Source: Lama glama (lineage: Eukaryota). From it: 64,000 bases of DNA. Made by a program: the position numbers and the translations under genes. The stretch is from positions 17,052,001-17,116,000 of the forward strand of contig CM052832.1 in NCBI GenBank assembly GCA_028534125.1. Direction: 5' to 3'. The notes beneath the pieces are model-generated. The model ran no database searches and was not told the DNA's origin. It saw nothing but the letters and a program-made list of their open reading frames with translations. The first letter of the stretch is position 1, and every line of letters begins with the position of its first letter. Of the stretch, positions 38,150 to 51,360 are shown piece by piece.

Positions 38150-38730
38150 ACGCATTCATTCATCCATTCATTTAATCATTCAATGACTATTTCCTAAGCA
38201 CCTACTATAGGCCAAACACTGTTCTAGAAATTGGGATATGTTGGTGAACAAGCCAGCCACAGTTGCTTATCCTCTGGCAACTTAGATTATATTGAGAAAG
38301 ACTAACAGTAAGCAAGTAAACAAATAAATCAATAAGATAATTATAGATGTGATAAGTGCTTTGCAGAATATAAAGTGGGTAATCTAAGAGGAATTAACTG
38401 GAGGAGGTGCACACTTCTTTTAATAGGGGGTTAGAAAAAACTTGTCTGAGGAGGTGACATTTGAGCTGAGCCTGAACTGATGAGAGGGAGTCAGCCGTAA
38501 GAAGAGTTGGGGGAGAGCTTTCCAGGCAGCAGGAACAGTAGGTGCAAAGGCCTTGGAGTCGGGGAAGATCTTGATGAAAATCTCATGCTCTGAGCTGTGA
38601 TGAGAATGGTTTAATGTGAGATTGGAGAAGTACTAAGAGCCAGGCTGTGCAAGACCTTAAGGATCAGGATAAGAAATTGGGTTTTGTTCTAGGAAGGGCT
38701 TTGATTGGGGAATTTACATGGTTGAATTTA
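38150..38730 (-). mobile_element. LINE-2 3' fragment
   Basis: cattcattcatccattcattt...taagcacctactataggccaaacactgttctag...tctgaggaggtgacatttgagctgag, an L2 3' end in antisense orientation. Confidence 0.7.
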
Positions 38731-38784
38731 TGTATTTAGGGACTTACTTTGTCTTAGTGGTCTTGTTTCTTCATTTCCTTTTCT

Positions 38785-38897
38785 TTTTTTGGCGGAGGTG
38801 GGGAGATAGGCAATTAGGGTTATTTATGTAATGGAGGTACTGGCAGGACCTAGTGCATGCAAAGCACCCACTCTACCACTGAGCTATACCCTCCTGC
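38785..38897 (-). mobile_element. tRNA-Ala-derived SINE (camelid Vic-1-like) with an internal deletion
   Basis: Reverse complement reads ggagggtatagctcagtggtagagtgggtgctttgcatgcactaggtcctg...ccagtacctcca. 16-bp target-site duplication cttcatttccttttct at 38769-38784 and 38898-38913. Confidence 0.8.
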
Positions 38898-39241
38898 CTT
38901 CATTTCCTTTTCTACCTCTCATCCTCCTTCTCATATTTATATTCAAGATGAGCATCTCATTCCCATGCCCACTTCCCCCTCAAAGGGAATGAGTCTTCCA
39001 AACAAACAACGTATTAACATATACAGTACAGCCATTGTAGCTAATTTGATTCTGGTTCCTACTTCTATTACAGAGTTCAAAGAATTAGAGATTTGTAGAA
39101 CATTAGAGTTAAAAGGATCATTAACCTTTACATTACAGATAAGAAAATTAAGGCCCAGAAGGGTGTCTTAGCTTGTCCAGGATAACTGGTGTGCAAGTGA
39201 TGAAGCCTTTGTGGTCCTCATAGTTCAAGAGTGCAAGAGCA

Positions 39242-39345
39242 GGGGGGAGGGTACAGCTCGGTGGTAGAGCACATGCTTAGCATGCCTGAGGTCCCGGGTT
39301 CAATCCCCAGTTCCTCTATTAAAAAAAAAGTAAAAAAAAAAAAAA
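39242..39345 (+). mobile_element. tRNA-Ala-derived SINE (camelid Vic-1-like)
   Basis: ggggggagggtacagctcggtggtagagcacatgcttagcatgcctgaggtcccgggttcaatccccag plus A tail; TSD gcaagagca at 39233-39241 and 39346-39354. Confidence 0.88.
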
Positions 39346-40035
39346 GCAAGAGCACGTTGTTTCCTGTCTCTTAGACATTTATCTCAATTTAAAAGGTCTT
39401 AACTGACCACTCAGTCTGTGTTCAGAGTTGGGGCCCAGCTTGACAAAGATTAGAAGGAGCAAATGACAAGGTCCATGCACAACCACACTGAGGTATGATA
39501 GTAAGTGTAACAACCACTGCTCGCAGGCAGCTTAGAGTCTGTAGGGGAGAGAGATACTGACCAATCTCATGGTGTCTACAAGCTGTGAAATGAAGGAAGG
39601 TTCAGGGTGATGGGAACTGTGTCAGGTAGGCCTCAGTACAGGAAGCAGAAATCACTCTAGGTATTTTAAGTAGCAAAGGATTTAATATGGGGAACTGGTT
39701 GACAAGAAAATCATTGAAAGGCTTGGAGAGTTCAAAGTCAAGAGGTCCTAACTGGACTCTTGGCTTCAAAGTCAATCACCATAGGTCAAAGTGCCGTAGC
39801 TACTGCTAGCGTAGCAGCCCCGCCCCAACTGGGCTTCTCATGTCTGTTGGAACTCATCCACCCTGTCTGCTACAGGAAGATTCCATCTCACTTCTGCCTT
39901 TCACATTTCATACAAATGCATCTAATTGGCAGAATTTAATTCATGTCCAGAACTCTAGCTGCAAAAACTTCTGAGAAATAGCTTTTTCTTTCCAACCTCT
40001 CCAAATAGAAAGGGAATGTAGTCAATCCACATATC

Positions 40036-40218
40036 TAGAGTTGCCAGGTAAAATATAGGCAGTTTTGAACTTCAGATAAGCATTGAATTTTTAAAAATAT
40101 AAGTATCTCCTAAATATGGTATGGGGCATACTTAGCTGAAAAATGATTCACTATTTATCTGAAATTCAAATTTCAAGTAGGTGTCTTGTATTTGTACTTG
40201 CTAAATCTGGCAAGTCTA
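40036..40218. mobile_element. MER53-like hAT MITE
   Basis: Inverted termini tagagttgccaggtaaaata ... ctaaatctggcaagtcta around an AT-rich core. Confidence 0.65.
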
Positions 40219-41029
40219 CAAAGATCCAGCACAGAGACTGATAGCAGGGAGCTCTAACTTAGAAGGGGGTTGAGGAATTCCTCTCTGAGGAGGTGACATT
40301 TAGGGAAGACCTGAGAGATGAAGAAGGGTCCATCAGGCACAGAGAGGAGGGAAGGGTGTTCTAGGCAGAGGGAACAGCTTTGCAAAGACTCTAAGGCAAG
40401 AACAATTTGCGCTAATTTAGACAAAGCTGGCATGTGGGGAGCCAAGGGTAAAGATAGTACAAGTTGGATGAAAACTTAGGCAGAGACCAGATATACAGAG
40501 TCTTAAGCTTTGAGTAGTGGATTAAGACAAGCGTGGAATGGGAGGGACCCAGAGCCACTACATGCTAGTGGCCTCCCCCAGAGTTGTGTGAGATGGTCAT
40601 CCTGAAGAGAGAAAACTATTCCAGTAGTTTAGGTGAGAGATGGTAATGACTTAGGTAGGAGCCAGTGGAGCTGGAAAGGAGCAGGGCAATTTGAGATATA
40701 TATTGTAGACAGAATTGAAAGAAGTGTTGAGTGGTCATTGGATGGTAAGGGAGAGGAAAATCAAGGGTGAGCTCTTAGTTCCTGGAATGGACAGCTGGAT
40801 TGATGGAAGAGCTATTAGAGAAATGAGAAAAGCTCTTAAGGAGCTTTGGGTGTTGAGATGGGATCGTAAGAGAGGAGGAAGGGGCAAAGTGATGAGATAC
40901 CTTGTTTCAGTCGGACAGCAGTGCACAGCTACTACCTTTCTCTGCAGAATGTTCTCTAACGTTCCCTTACCTGCCTGCTCCTTCTGACCTCCCTCCCTGC
41001 CTTTCCCTCCATCATTTTCTCTTTCTTAT

Positions 41030-41062
<33 letters not shown>

Positions 41063-41524
41063 TTTTTGGCTTTTAGTCATTCTATTTCCTGGACAGAATC
41101 AGAAGCTCAGCCTATGAGATGGATGGAGTGTGGGAAGCTAGACATGGAAAGATTTCTCATGATCCTGTGGTCCACAGCTTCCCAGCGGACCTGGTGAACC
41201 ATTCATCGTCTCTTCCCTGGAACCAGAAAAGTGTGAGGCTGGGACGAGGAAGAAGAACTCAGACTGAAACGACTGAGGACACGTCATTCTCCAGCAGATG
41301 GGAAACAGACTAGTCTAAACCCCTTACTCTAGAACTGAGAAAACTGAGGCCTTTGCCCTTCCTGACTAAACCAGGTAAGAATCTGCAGAGTATGAAGGAA
41401 CACACACCCTACTTGGGAACAGTGGAGTTTTCAAGATTTAACTCAACTCTTGTTATTTTTATGACTGTAAAGTGGAAATAATTATACTTATATCAAAGAA
41501 TTGTTTTAAGGACCAAAGGAAATA

Positions 41525-42300
41525 ATTTATATTCATTTATTCAACAAATGTTTATTAAGCACCTACTATGTGCCAGATACTATTGGGAAGTGGGGACTCA
41601 GTAGACAACAAGGCAGACAAGAATCTGCTTTCATTGGAATTATACTCTAATGGGGAAAACAAATAATTAACAAATAAATAAGTGAAATGTATGACAGGTA
41701 TCAGAAAACAACATAAAGCGTGGAAGGAAGATAGAGGTACTGCATAGGGTGGGCAGGGTTATAATTTCAACAGGTAATATTTGAGCAAGGATTTGCAGCA
41801 GGTGAAAGAATTAGCCAATTCTTTATTTGGAGGAAGACTGGTCCAGACTGAAGGAAAGTCAGGGGCAAAGTGTGAGAAGCAGAAGCAACTGATGTGTGAG
41901 ATTTAGCATGAAGGCCATGTGGCTGGAGCAGACGGAGCAGTGGGGAGAGTGGGAGGAAGTTAGAGAGGTGATGGGCTGACTGTGTGTGGTCTTGAAGCCA
42001 TTGTGAGCACTTTCTTTGGCACTGAGTGAGGGGATGCAGGGAGGGGAACAAGGTGGTGAGAAGGGGCTGCTTCTGGATGTGAGTTGATGGAGAGCTGAAA
42101 GGGTTTGATGCTGAGTTGGATGTGGGATATGAGAGCAAAATAGGAGTCAGCAAATCTCAAAGAGATTTGGTTCAAGCATCTGGGAGGATGGTGCTGCCAG
42201 TGATTGAGGTGGGGAAAACTGTGGGGAACCAGTGTGGGTGGGAAGTCAGGAGCTGAATGGTGGACATTGTAAAGCTGAGCTGCCTGTCAGCTATCCAGCT
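41525..42300 (-). mobile_element. LINE-2 fragment
   Basis: attcatttattcaacaaatgtttattaagcacctactatgtgccagatact followed by the purine-rich antisense L2 body. Confidence 0.7.
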
Positions 42301-42311
42301 GCTTCATGAAC

Positions 42312-42955
42312 TGTGCAATGTCAGAGGAAATACTCAATAACCATTCTATAATAAGACTGGAAGAGAGTTTAATTCAACCAGACTGAGGACTGTAGCCTGG
42401 GAAACAGATTCCAGGAGCACTTGAATTGCATTCTGCCGGACTAACAAGTGAGGGAGGCTTATAAAGGCAAAAACCACAAAGTTACGCAAGTTGTTTGTCA
42501 AGAATTAGAATTGGAGCTGGCAAGAAGTAAGGGTGCCTGTTGAATAAGGATTGGTTGGGATTTGAAATGGTTGCATAGTTACAAGGAGAGACCTTGAGAC
42601 CATAAGGTTGCAGCTGGCAGCTGCTAAGAGATACTGTTTTGAGAATGGCTGGTGGTGTTTGATACAGTTCAGAAAATTCAAGTTCTCAGTGGTGCAGGAA
42701 CGCATCTGAAACAACAATCACAATGGCCACCCAACTCTACTTTGGATTCCTGAACCACAGTTACTCCATTTTAATTTTTTTTTTTGTCCCCTGCCTCCTC
42801 TATCTTAATTTTTAAATGCATTTTTTGATTTTTAAATGCATTTTTTCTTTAATAGTCAGAGCAGATGTCTAATGCATGCTTGACAGGCCATAAGACAGGC
42901 TGTTCTAGTTAGCATAAAGTTCACACAAATCATGCGTAAACTTCCCCATACTTCA
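42312..42955 (-). mobile_element. probable ERV solo LTR
   Basis: Begins with TG and ends near ccccatacttca; contains antisense LTR-like poly(A) and TATA segments (gagtttaattc, gcttataaagg). No clear TSD seen. Confidence 0.45.
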
Positions 42956-45259
42956 CCATGTGAACATTTCTTCCATCAAGCCCAGGTAAGCATATGACGT
43001 TATGAGTAGTGGCAGAGCCAAAAAGAATAGTTTGTTTATATAGAAATTTATAATCTTCAAAGTGTCCCCTCCCCCTCTTTTTTGTTTTTTTTTTGTTTTA
43101 CTTTTTAAATTTTACTAACTACTCCAGGACAGTGCGTAACATCTAGTTACTGGGAAGAAACCAGGGTCCAGGTGTGCTTGTCCAGGGTCAAAGGCTGCAG
43201 AGGGCAGAGTCGACGCTGGGATTCAAGCGCTTCTCCCAACCCAGTGTTAGAACCCTGCCTCCTGACTCCCTGGGTCAGACACAAAGAGAGTCAGAGACAC
43301 AGACTATGAGTCAGAGAAACCAAGTCAGAAACATGAAAGGAAGCGTGAGGCAGAGCAGGGACACCCGTGAGGGAGACAGCAACACAGAGAGTGACCTAGA
43401 AAAGCCTAATGAGCTGGGGAGTAGTTGAGAGGAGCCCCACGTGCCTCTCAGGTCTTGGCCCACATGACAGACTCTCCCTCCCTCCCTTCCTCTTTCCAGG
43501 TGACCTGTCACCAAAACATCACTGGCACGCTGCTGGCATCCAGCCTGCCAATTAGTTCAGGAGCCCCTCCCTTTGACTTCCTCTGGAGCCTCAGGTGTAC
43601 TCCCTCCCAACACACCCCTCCAGCCCCGTCCTGCCCTGCCTTGCCTCTCTGGAAGGAAAACTGGCCTGGGGACCTGCGGACTCTGCGGCTCCCCTCACCA
43701 AGCCCCGCCTTGCGCGGAGCGTGGCATCTCGCACCCTTTTATCTGCCACCTTTGAGCTTCTTGAAACCAAAGCTTGGTAGAGGCATCAATGGCCACTCCC
43801 GGCGCCCCCGCCCCATGGGTGGGGTATGGGGGGTGGGCAGGAAGGGCAGGGAGGGGCTTCAAGGAAGTGGAGGGAAAGGACCTCACCAAAGCTCGTGGGA
43901 TGGCGTTGCGGAAGCTGTGAAGATTCATTTACACCTAAGAGGAGAAAGGCAAGACTCCTGAGGAGTCACGGGAGGAATTAGTGGAGAACAGTGCCCACCA
44001 AATTAGGACTGGAGGGTGAAACAATAGCACCAGAAATGAATGGAGGGCAGAGATGGAGAGGCGAGAGATGATCTCACAGAGTGACTGGGCTTGGGGAAAA
44101 GATTTGTCAGAACTCAGTTAAGTTGGAAGTGATTTTGGAGAAAGGGTTATAACACTTGTTACTTTTTAGAGTGTTTTTAGATATTTTCATTTACTTTATC
44201 CTCATAAAATAGATATTTTGCCCCCATTATACAGATCAAGAAACTGAGGCTCAGAAAAGTTAAGTGACTTGCCCCAAATCACACAGATGGATTCTAAAAG
44301 CTCTCCTGTATCCTTGATACTAGAAGCGCAGCTGCTTCTGTAATTAGCATATTAAATAGAAGAGAGATTAGACTTTTAGGAAGTTGAAGATTTTCATCCA
44401 ACAAACATTTATGGAGCACTTTTTATGTGCCAGGCAATATGCTAAGCACCAAAGATGCTATGACAGTCTGTCTTCAAAAGGCTGAGCTTAACTAGGGAGG
44501 AATGTGAGTGGTACAAACAGGACAGGAAGGCAGCCCAGATGACCGAGGGCTCTTCTCTGAGGGAGGGCAGCTTTCACAGAGAAGGTGATGCTCTCTGAAG
44601 AAGGGAAGTATTTCCTCAGTGGTGGTGGGAGAGGGGAGGAAGAGGGACTTTGAGGCATAAGCAAGCAGTGTCTGGGAGCACTCCAAGGAGTTGAGTGCGT
44701 TAAAAGAGAAGAGAGGAGGGCTGTGAAAGGAACCGCATGGAGATCAGGGACATTTAATTCAGTATGTACTTAAAACCATTGCATAGCTGTAGCACGGGCT
44801 GAGGAGGAAATCTTACAACTATACTGTTAAGGGATAATGAGAATGTGTCTCCACTATTTTGGAGTAATAGAAACTTACATGAAGTTAAAGAAACATTCAT
44901 GGAGAATTTCTATGTGCCAGAGAGCATGCATAATCATAGACATTATCTAATCTAATCCATGTAGCCATTAAAAAGAATGAGGAAGACCTATTTGGACCTA
45001 CTTGTGAAGATTTCTAAGACCCACAGTTAAAAGAAACAGTAAGCGCAAGATATTTTGTACTATGAGTTGTGAGCCATATTAAAGACACACAGGGCAGGGT
45101 TTGGTCAGAGGGAGCAAGGAGTACAGAGCCAGGGAAGCTCATGATAGCAGGGTGTGTCCCTATGGTGAGGATGGTGGGTTGTGTCTGGGGCCGGAGCTAA
45201 AGGCTTTGTATTAGCCCTGTTCTCCTAGGTGGGTCTCAGAGAGGTTGTTTCTTTACTTT

Positions 45260-45510
45260 TTTTTATTTTTGTTGAGTTGTAGCTGCTGTACAATATTATG
45301 TGTTACAAGTGTACAAATTAGTGATTCACAATTTTTAAAGGTTACACTCCATTTATAGTTATTAGAAAATACTGGCTATATTCCCTGTACAATGTATCCT
45401 TGTAGCTTATTTATTTTAGCCATAATAGTTTGTATCTCTTAATCCCCTCCCCCTCTCTGGCCCCTCCCCTGCCCCTTCCCCCACTGGTAACTACTAGTTT
45501 GTTCTCAGAG
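45260..45510 (-). mobile_element. LINE-1 3' end
   Basis: tttttgttgagttgtag...gtgattcacaatttttaaaggttacactccatttatagttatt...tggtaactactagtttgttctc. Confidence 0.8.
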
Positions 45511-47310
45511 AGTTTAAAGTGGGAAAAACACACTGTGATGAAGCATGTTACAGAGGTGGTTCTGGCCACAGGTGGAGAAGGGACTAGAGCAGGGAGCGGG
45601 AGCGCGGGGGCTGCACAGGGCTGGAGCGTGGGATGGAGAGGAGGAGGATGGACCTGTGTGAAACTGGTCTGAGGGAGTGAGGAGGGGAGCAGGTCTCAAC
45701 ATCGCTGATGAGAGAAGAAAGAGGAACGCAGAACCAAGATTAGTTTTGGGGAGTGTAGTCAAAGTTATAACACAGGCATGAAAAGTCATATCATGAGCTA
45801 ATGAGGAAAACTAGCAGCCCCACCCACCTCCATCACTTTTCAACTTTTTTAGCTGATTGGCTTTTTGGTATTTGTCTCCATATCTGTAAACAGGATTTTA
45901 TTACCCTATTTTATTTATTGCTCTTTCTATTTTAGGCATCATCTATTTGCTTTTATGAAAGAAACAACCTTTTCTTAACCATCAACCTCACTTGGTCCTC
46001 ACCTTCCCTACCATCCTCACTTTAAAGCTGTTTAAAAAATACACACACACATTCATATATATATTTCCGTATGTACATAAATATGCACATAAATGCAGAG
46101 AATAATGTCCTGAAAGACCATATTAAATTAGGATCCAAGGGGGCACTGACTACAGGAGACTTTCTTTCTACCTGTCTGGTTTACATTCTTTACAAGTGAA
46201 TGTATACATTAATCACTTGTGTAGTTAAAAAAAAAACTAATCCACACAATAGTAAAAGGTAATTATCATCACCCACAGTTTACAGATGCAAAAACTAAAG
46301 CCCAGAGACTTAATTAATTTGTTCAAAGTCTTACAGCAAGCAAGCACAGCTGGTAAAAACCAGACTTGAGCCTGAAGGAAGAGAAGGTTGCAGCGTCGGG
46401 ACATGACAAAAGGAAATGAAAAAGGAAGCCAGGAATCTTTAACAGGGGAGGATCCACCTTTGGCAGAAAGGGGTCATGATGGCAGAAGCAGGAGGCGGTA
46501 AAGCATAGCTCCTGATTGGAAGGAGGTGCCAAAGGCTCTGTCGGGGAAGGGATCGCACTAGTACTGAGACAGAAACACTGGACTACAGGACGCAAGGTCA
46601 CGCCTGTCCTTAGGGAGCATCCCCAGAGAACTCAGGTGCCAGGCATCTGCAGTTAGTCACTGGATCCCAGAAACTGACGGCAAGAGTGAGATCATCACCC
46701 CAAAAGGCAGAGAGCAGAGACAACAAGGCCCTTGGGGTCCAGAGAGCTTAACCTGTCTGGTCAGAGGTCACTGTCACAAAACCAACAAAGAATTCATATC
46801 TGATAGGTTTTCCTCAGGGCTTAAATGAGTAGGTAGGGGAGTCACTGTGAGGCTATGATATCAGGCAGGGTGACAAACAAAAACAGCCAGGCCAAAGAAA
46901 CCAGCTGCAGAGTCTGTACTGGGAGAAAGAGGGATGTCTGGGGAGCAGAAGCCTGGGAGAGGTCACAGCCAAGGCAGCTGGCCCCTCACTAATTGAGACC
47001 CAACTTCACCAGAGCCTAGGGTCACCTGTCCCCTCCCATGGCCATGGGGGCGGTGACCATGAGGGCTACATGTGTCAGCCCTGTGACCTGGGATTATATG
47101 ACTGAGTTGGAGGCTGGACACTGGAGATAAATTCAAGACTTGATATATTTGAAAATTTCTTGCATTGAACATAAAAATAAACACACATGCACCAACTCCA
47201 CTGATTCATCCTTTCCTCATTTCCCGTCCCAAACACCGAGAGAACAGCCCAAAGAACCAAAGAACAACCTCTGACGTTCAGAAGCTGGCGTGACACTCAC
47301 AGGTAAACCA

Positions 47311-47800
47311 TGTTATTCTCCTATTAGGTACAGAACAACAACCTCAGACAAATTTACTCTGAAGTCATATGAGAAAAAGCAAGACCAGCAATCTGAGCAC
47401 AGACAAAAAAACAAGGTCACTACGCCACCCACAAAATACTAAACACTCCCTCCCTTGGCCAAAAAAAAAATAAGGCTGCTATTTCTTTACCGATTACAAC
47501 TCTACCCTCATTCTAGTCTCCCCTTCCTGTAGGATTGATTGAGATACCCAGTCATAGAATTTACCCTACTTCCTGACAGCATTCTAACTAGAGCAAATCC
47601 TGCTTCCTTAGACCCTCCCTAAAATCACCTAACCAAAGGCCAAATCCTATAATAGGTTTTTGTTGTAACACTCTCTCACCCAGATGTCCCACATTTCCCT
47701 GTGGTGTGAGTTCTCTTTTGGTGCAAAGAGTAATAAACCCAACTTGTCAACTACAGCTGTGTTTCTGGGGGTCTTTGGTACCTGGAGGACATGGGTAACA
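47311..47800 (+). mobile_element. ERV solo LTR
   Basis: TG...CA termini (tgttattc ... ggtaaca), AATAAA at 47732-47737, near-matching 4-bp flanks acca/ccca. Confidence 0.6.
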
Positions 47801-49160
47801 CCCAGTGTTTCTTTTCTTCATTCTTACCCTCTGGGATCTACATTGAGGATCTGGACCCAGGCTGTGTGGGAAATGGTGGAAAGGCAGGAAGCGCTGTCAG
47901 AAGGGACATAACAAGACATGCATTCACTCAGCAAATATTTACTGGGCACCCACGCATGCCACACACTGTTCTAGGTGCCAAGGACAATAGGCAAATAGAG
48001 TAGGATCCAAGATTTTTCAGGAAGCTCTTTTGAGGGAAGAGACACATAAACACACCATTATGATTGACAGAGATAATCACAATGATCGAGGGATGCCCTG
48101 GGGGCTGCTACCTGCTCAAGAAAAGAGGCATCCACACTAGTGTAGCATGGGAGGGGGTGCTTTCTGGGGAAGGGAATGCTTAAGGCCTTGGAGGCTGAGG
48201 ACAATCTCAGAAGAAGGAACTAGGAGACCAGGTAAGGGAGATGATAAACAGCGTGGTGAGTGGGGAAATTTTCCATGCCAATGATTTCATTAGAGTGAAA
48301 AATACTAAGCAGATTGCAGGAGGGATTAGGCTGGAGGCACCCACAATCGCAAAATGGAGTTGGGGGTTTGGCCTTTACCCTTTAGCAAAAGGGAGCATTA
48401 TGGAAAATCTGTTGAAAGTTCTGTAAGTCCTGACATGATGAGGTTATGTTTTTAAACATTATTTGAAAGTCTGCAACTTACTTGAAAATGCATAAAATGA
48501 TAAGACAGACTGACGGATAGATAAAGGGAAGGATAGATGGAAACATTTGATAAGGCAGTTATAGTAAAATCGTCATGTTAGAATCTAAATGGTGGGGAGT
48601 TAGGTGGTCCCTGTAAAATTCTTCCAACTCTTCTGTTTGAAAATGTTTGTAATTAAATTGAGGGGGTGTGAATTATGTTGGCCTTGGTCATGGAAGACAG
48701 ATTGAGCAAGATAAGTCTAGAGGCAGGGAGATGAGGGAAGTAGCTGTCATAATGCAGATGAGGGCTGATGCCCTGATCCAGGCAGCAGCAGGATGATGGC
48801 TTGATCTAAGCACCCAGAGGATGGAGGAAAGTGCGTGGAGTCCTGAAGTAGGAGGAAAGTCAGCAAGGCTGGAGCCTGTAGGACTGTAAGACCGAGGAAA
48901 AACCAGGACCTGGAGTATAACACTCAGGTGCGGGGATGGTGGCAGCACATGAGTAGAGAACAGGCAGTGGGAACAGATCTGGGGAGGGGACAAGGTGGCT
49001 TGATGATCATGAAGTGTCTGCAGAGACATGTTCTGGGACTCACAGACCCCTGGCTCCGTAAGGGGGCCTGGCTGGTGGGAGAAGTGGGGCTCATCCCTGT
49101 GGGTCTCCTTCTCTTGACCGTTAGGCCAGTTTACACTGGACTTCCCCAAGGGTGGGGTGG

Positions 49161-49862
49161 TGTTGCAGGAAAATAGGGTGCGAGAAGATGGCCATGTCCC
49201 AGGTCCTGGGCGAGTCCCTGGGATGCACCTCATCAGGTGAGGGTCCTTGGCTTTGCACAGGAAAGAACTCAAGAGGGAGCCATAGTAAAGTGAAAACGAG
49301 TTTATTCAGGGAAATACACACTCCGAAGGCAGAGGCAGCCGGCAAGAGGCGGCCTCAGAGCATGGGGTCGTCTAAGAAAGTGAGATCAGTCATGAGGCAA
49401 GGGGGTGGTTAAAGTAAAAGTAGATACACACTCCTTAGACAGGGTGTGTGCTGTCTCAGGAGGCAAGAGAGAGTAACCACAAGGTGCAGGGTTGTTAGTT
49501 TTTATGCACTCGGTAATTTCACAAGCTAACAAGTAGGAGGGTTATTCCAACTATTTTGGGAAAAGGGCCGAGATTTCCAGGAATTGGGTCCCTGTCTACT
49601 TTTTGACCTTTTATGGCCAGCCTGGAAACTGTCATGGCACCTGTGGGGGTGCCATTTACCATGCTAATGTGTGACAAGAGCGTATAATGAAGGTCAAGTT
49701 CACCAGGAAGTCAAATCCTCCACCACCTTGGGCCTCAGTGTCTATGGGAGTTGAATCTACCACCATCTTGGGCCTAAACGAGTTTTGACCAGTTTATGTC
49801 CTATCCTCAGTTGCTGTGTCATTCTTTTAATGGTTCTGCCTGCCCTCTTCCCTCCTGTCTCA
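49161..49862 (-). mobile_element. ERV1-class solo LTR (about 700 bp)
   Basis: TG...CA termini; perfect 4-bp TSD GTGG (49157-49160 and 49863-49866); minus-strand AATAAA at 49306-49301. Confidence 0.8.
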
Positions 49863-51049
49863 GTGGCACTGGTGGACTCTCCCTAGGGAGCAGCTCCTCT
49901 GCCCTCCTAGTGCCTCCTCAACTCCCACTGTGCTGTTTCCTCTTCTGCCTTTGGAAGACCAGCTCTCTCCTTCCTCTGGAAACTAATACAGGGGTTGAGG
50001 GTGTCAAGGTAGAAGGCAACACCATGGAAAGCTTATTATTTGTTATAACCATACTACTGTATATTTTATGGTATTTTATCTTTTCAAGGTGGCTTTTGTA
50101 TGTGCTTTGAGTTTAAGCATAAGTGTCATATCTGGAAAGTGGAGGGGTAAGGGATACCTAGTTCAAGTGGTTGTGAGGAACAAATGGAACAATGTGTATG
50201 AAACGACTTAGTAAACTGTTAAACTCTGTAAACAAGTTGTTGCTAGCACTGTCATCACCGTGTAGAGGAGGAGAAAACACCTTGAACTAGAGCATGGAAA
50301 TGCAGTCCCTTGGTCTCAGTAACCACTTGACTTCCCAGCCATGTCCTGTATGACTGGCCAGGACCTTTTGCAGGTTTGTCAGCTTCTGGAAGATTCAACA
50401 GTGCTCCTCTCCCCAGGGGCAGAACAGGGAGTGGTCACACAGTTCAAGGTTAAGGCCAGGTGGGAAGACCTCCCCAGAGGTAAACTGTGCCACAGAGCAT
50501 CCCTTCATTCACAAAGAACTGTGCAAGAAGGGTGGGAGAGTGAAGCCAAGATGAGTAAGAGGCTGCTTCTGCCCTCAAGGAGTTCTCAGTCTACCCAGGT
50601 CAGTGCTCTGGCTTTGGAAGCGTGCACACTTCCTCAGAACCAGCCAAGAACTCTGACTGAGGAGGGCGTCCTGGAGGAGGTGAGGTAAAGCTGGTCCACC
50701 AAAATTGAGTGGGATTCCCAAGACATTGGTCTTTCGTGGGAAAAAGGAATTAGGAGACGATTTCAATTTAGCAAACATTTATTAATCAGATAACTCCTTC
50801 TAGGATCTGAGCTAGCGTCAGGGGTTAGAGAAAGAAAGTATGAAATCAACATAATTCAGTCCAGGAAACTCTCTTGTTTTAATAAGGAAGCTAAATCTGC
50901 ATAGAATTAAAGGAAACAACTTCATAAAGGGTGTGACATCACGGCGAGGGCTTTGAGTTCCTAATATAGGGAATGTGGACTGTGCCGCGGGGATGATTCT
51001 GAATGAATGTCCCGAAGAGGTTTCTTGAGGGTCCTGGTCTGCGTGTCCC

Positions 51050-51360
51050 TAGTCGTCACCTAACAGGCAGATGAGAGTTGCTTACGTAACCCGACGGCGC
51101 CTCCCGGGCGACCGGGGGAACTGGACCGGGGAGCCGGGCCAGGGCTGAGCGCGCGCTCCTGGAATCCGCGCTGGGGGTGTTGGCTCACCCCGGCCCGGCA
51201 CCTGGGTCCGCCCTCTCTCCGCGAAGTCAGGCGCGCGGCAGCCCTGAGGTCGGCGGGCGACTCCCTACTCCTCCCACCTGGAACTGGGCGGCTGTAAACG
51301 CCCGGCAAGCCCGCCCCGTCTGCCTACCCCTCTCCCCGCCCGGCTGAAGAGAGTCGAAGA
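51050..51360. promoter_or_regulatory. orphan CpG-rich island with an RFX X-box / PAR-bZIP palindrome
   Basis: Dense CpGs in otherwise CpG-poor DNA; GTTGCTTACGTAAC 51077-51090; GC-box-like ccccgccc 51333-51340. Confidence 0.55.

Noticed and set aside
39248..39318. tRNA-Ala(AGC)-like sequence
   Set aside because: It has a 5' G-rich extension, an A tail, a target-site duplication and stem mismatches, so it is a SINE and not a functional tRNA gene.
41027..41067. (CT)n/poly-T tracts here and at about 35318-35355
   Set aside because: Ordinary simple repeats.
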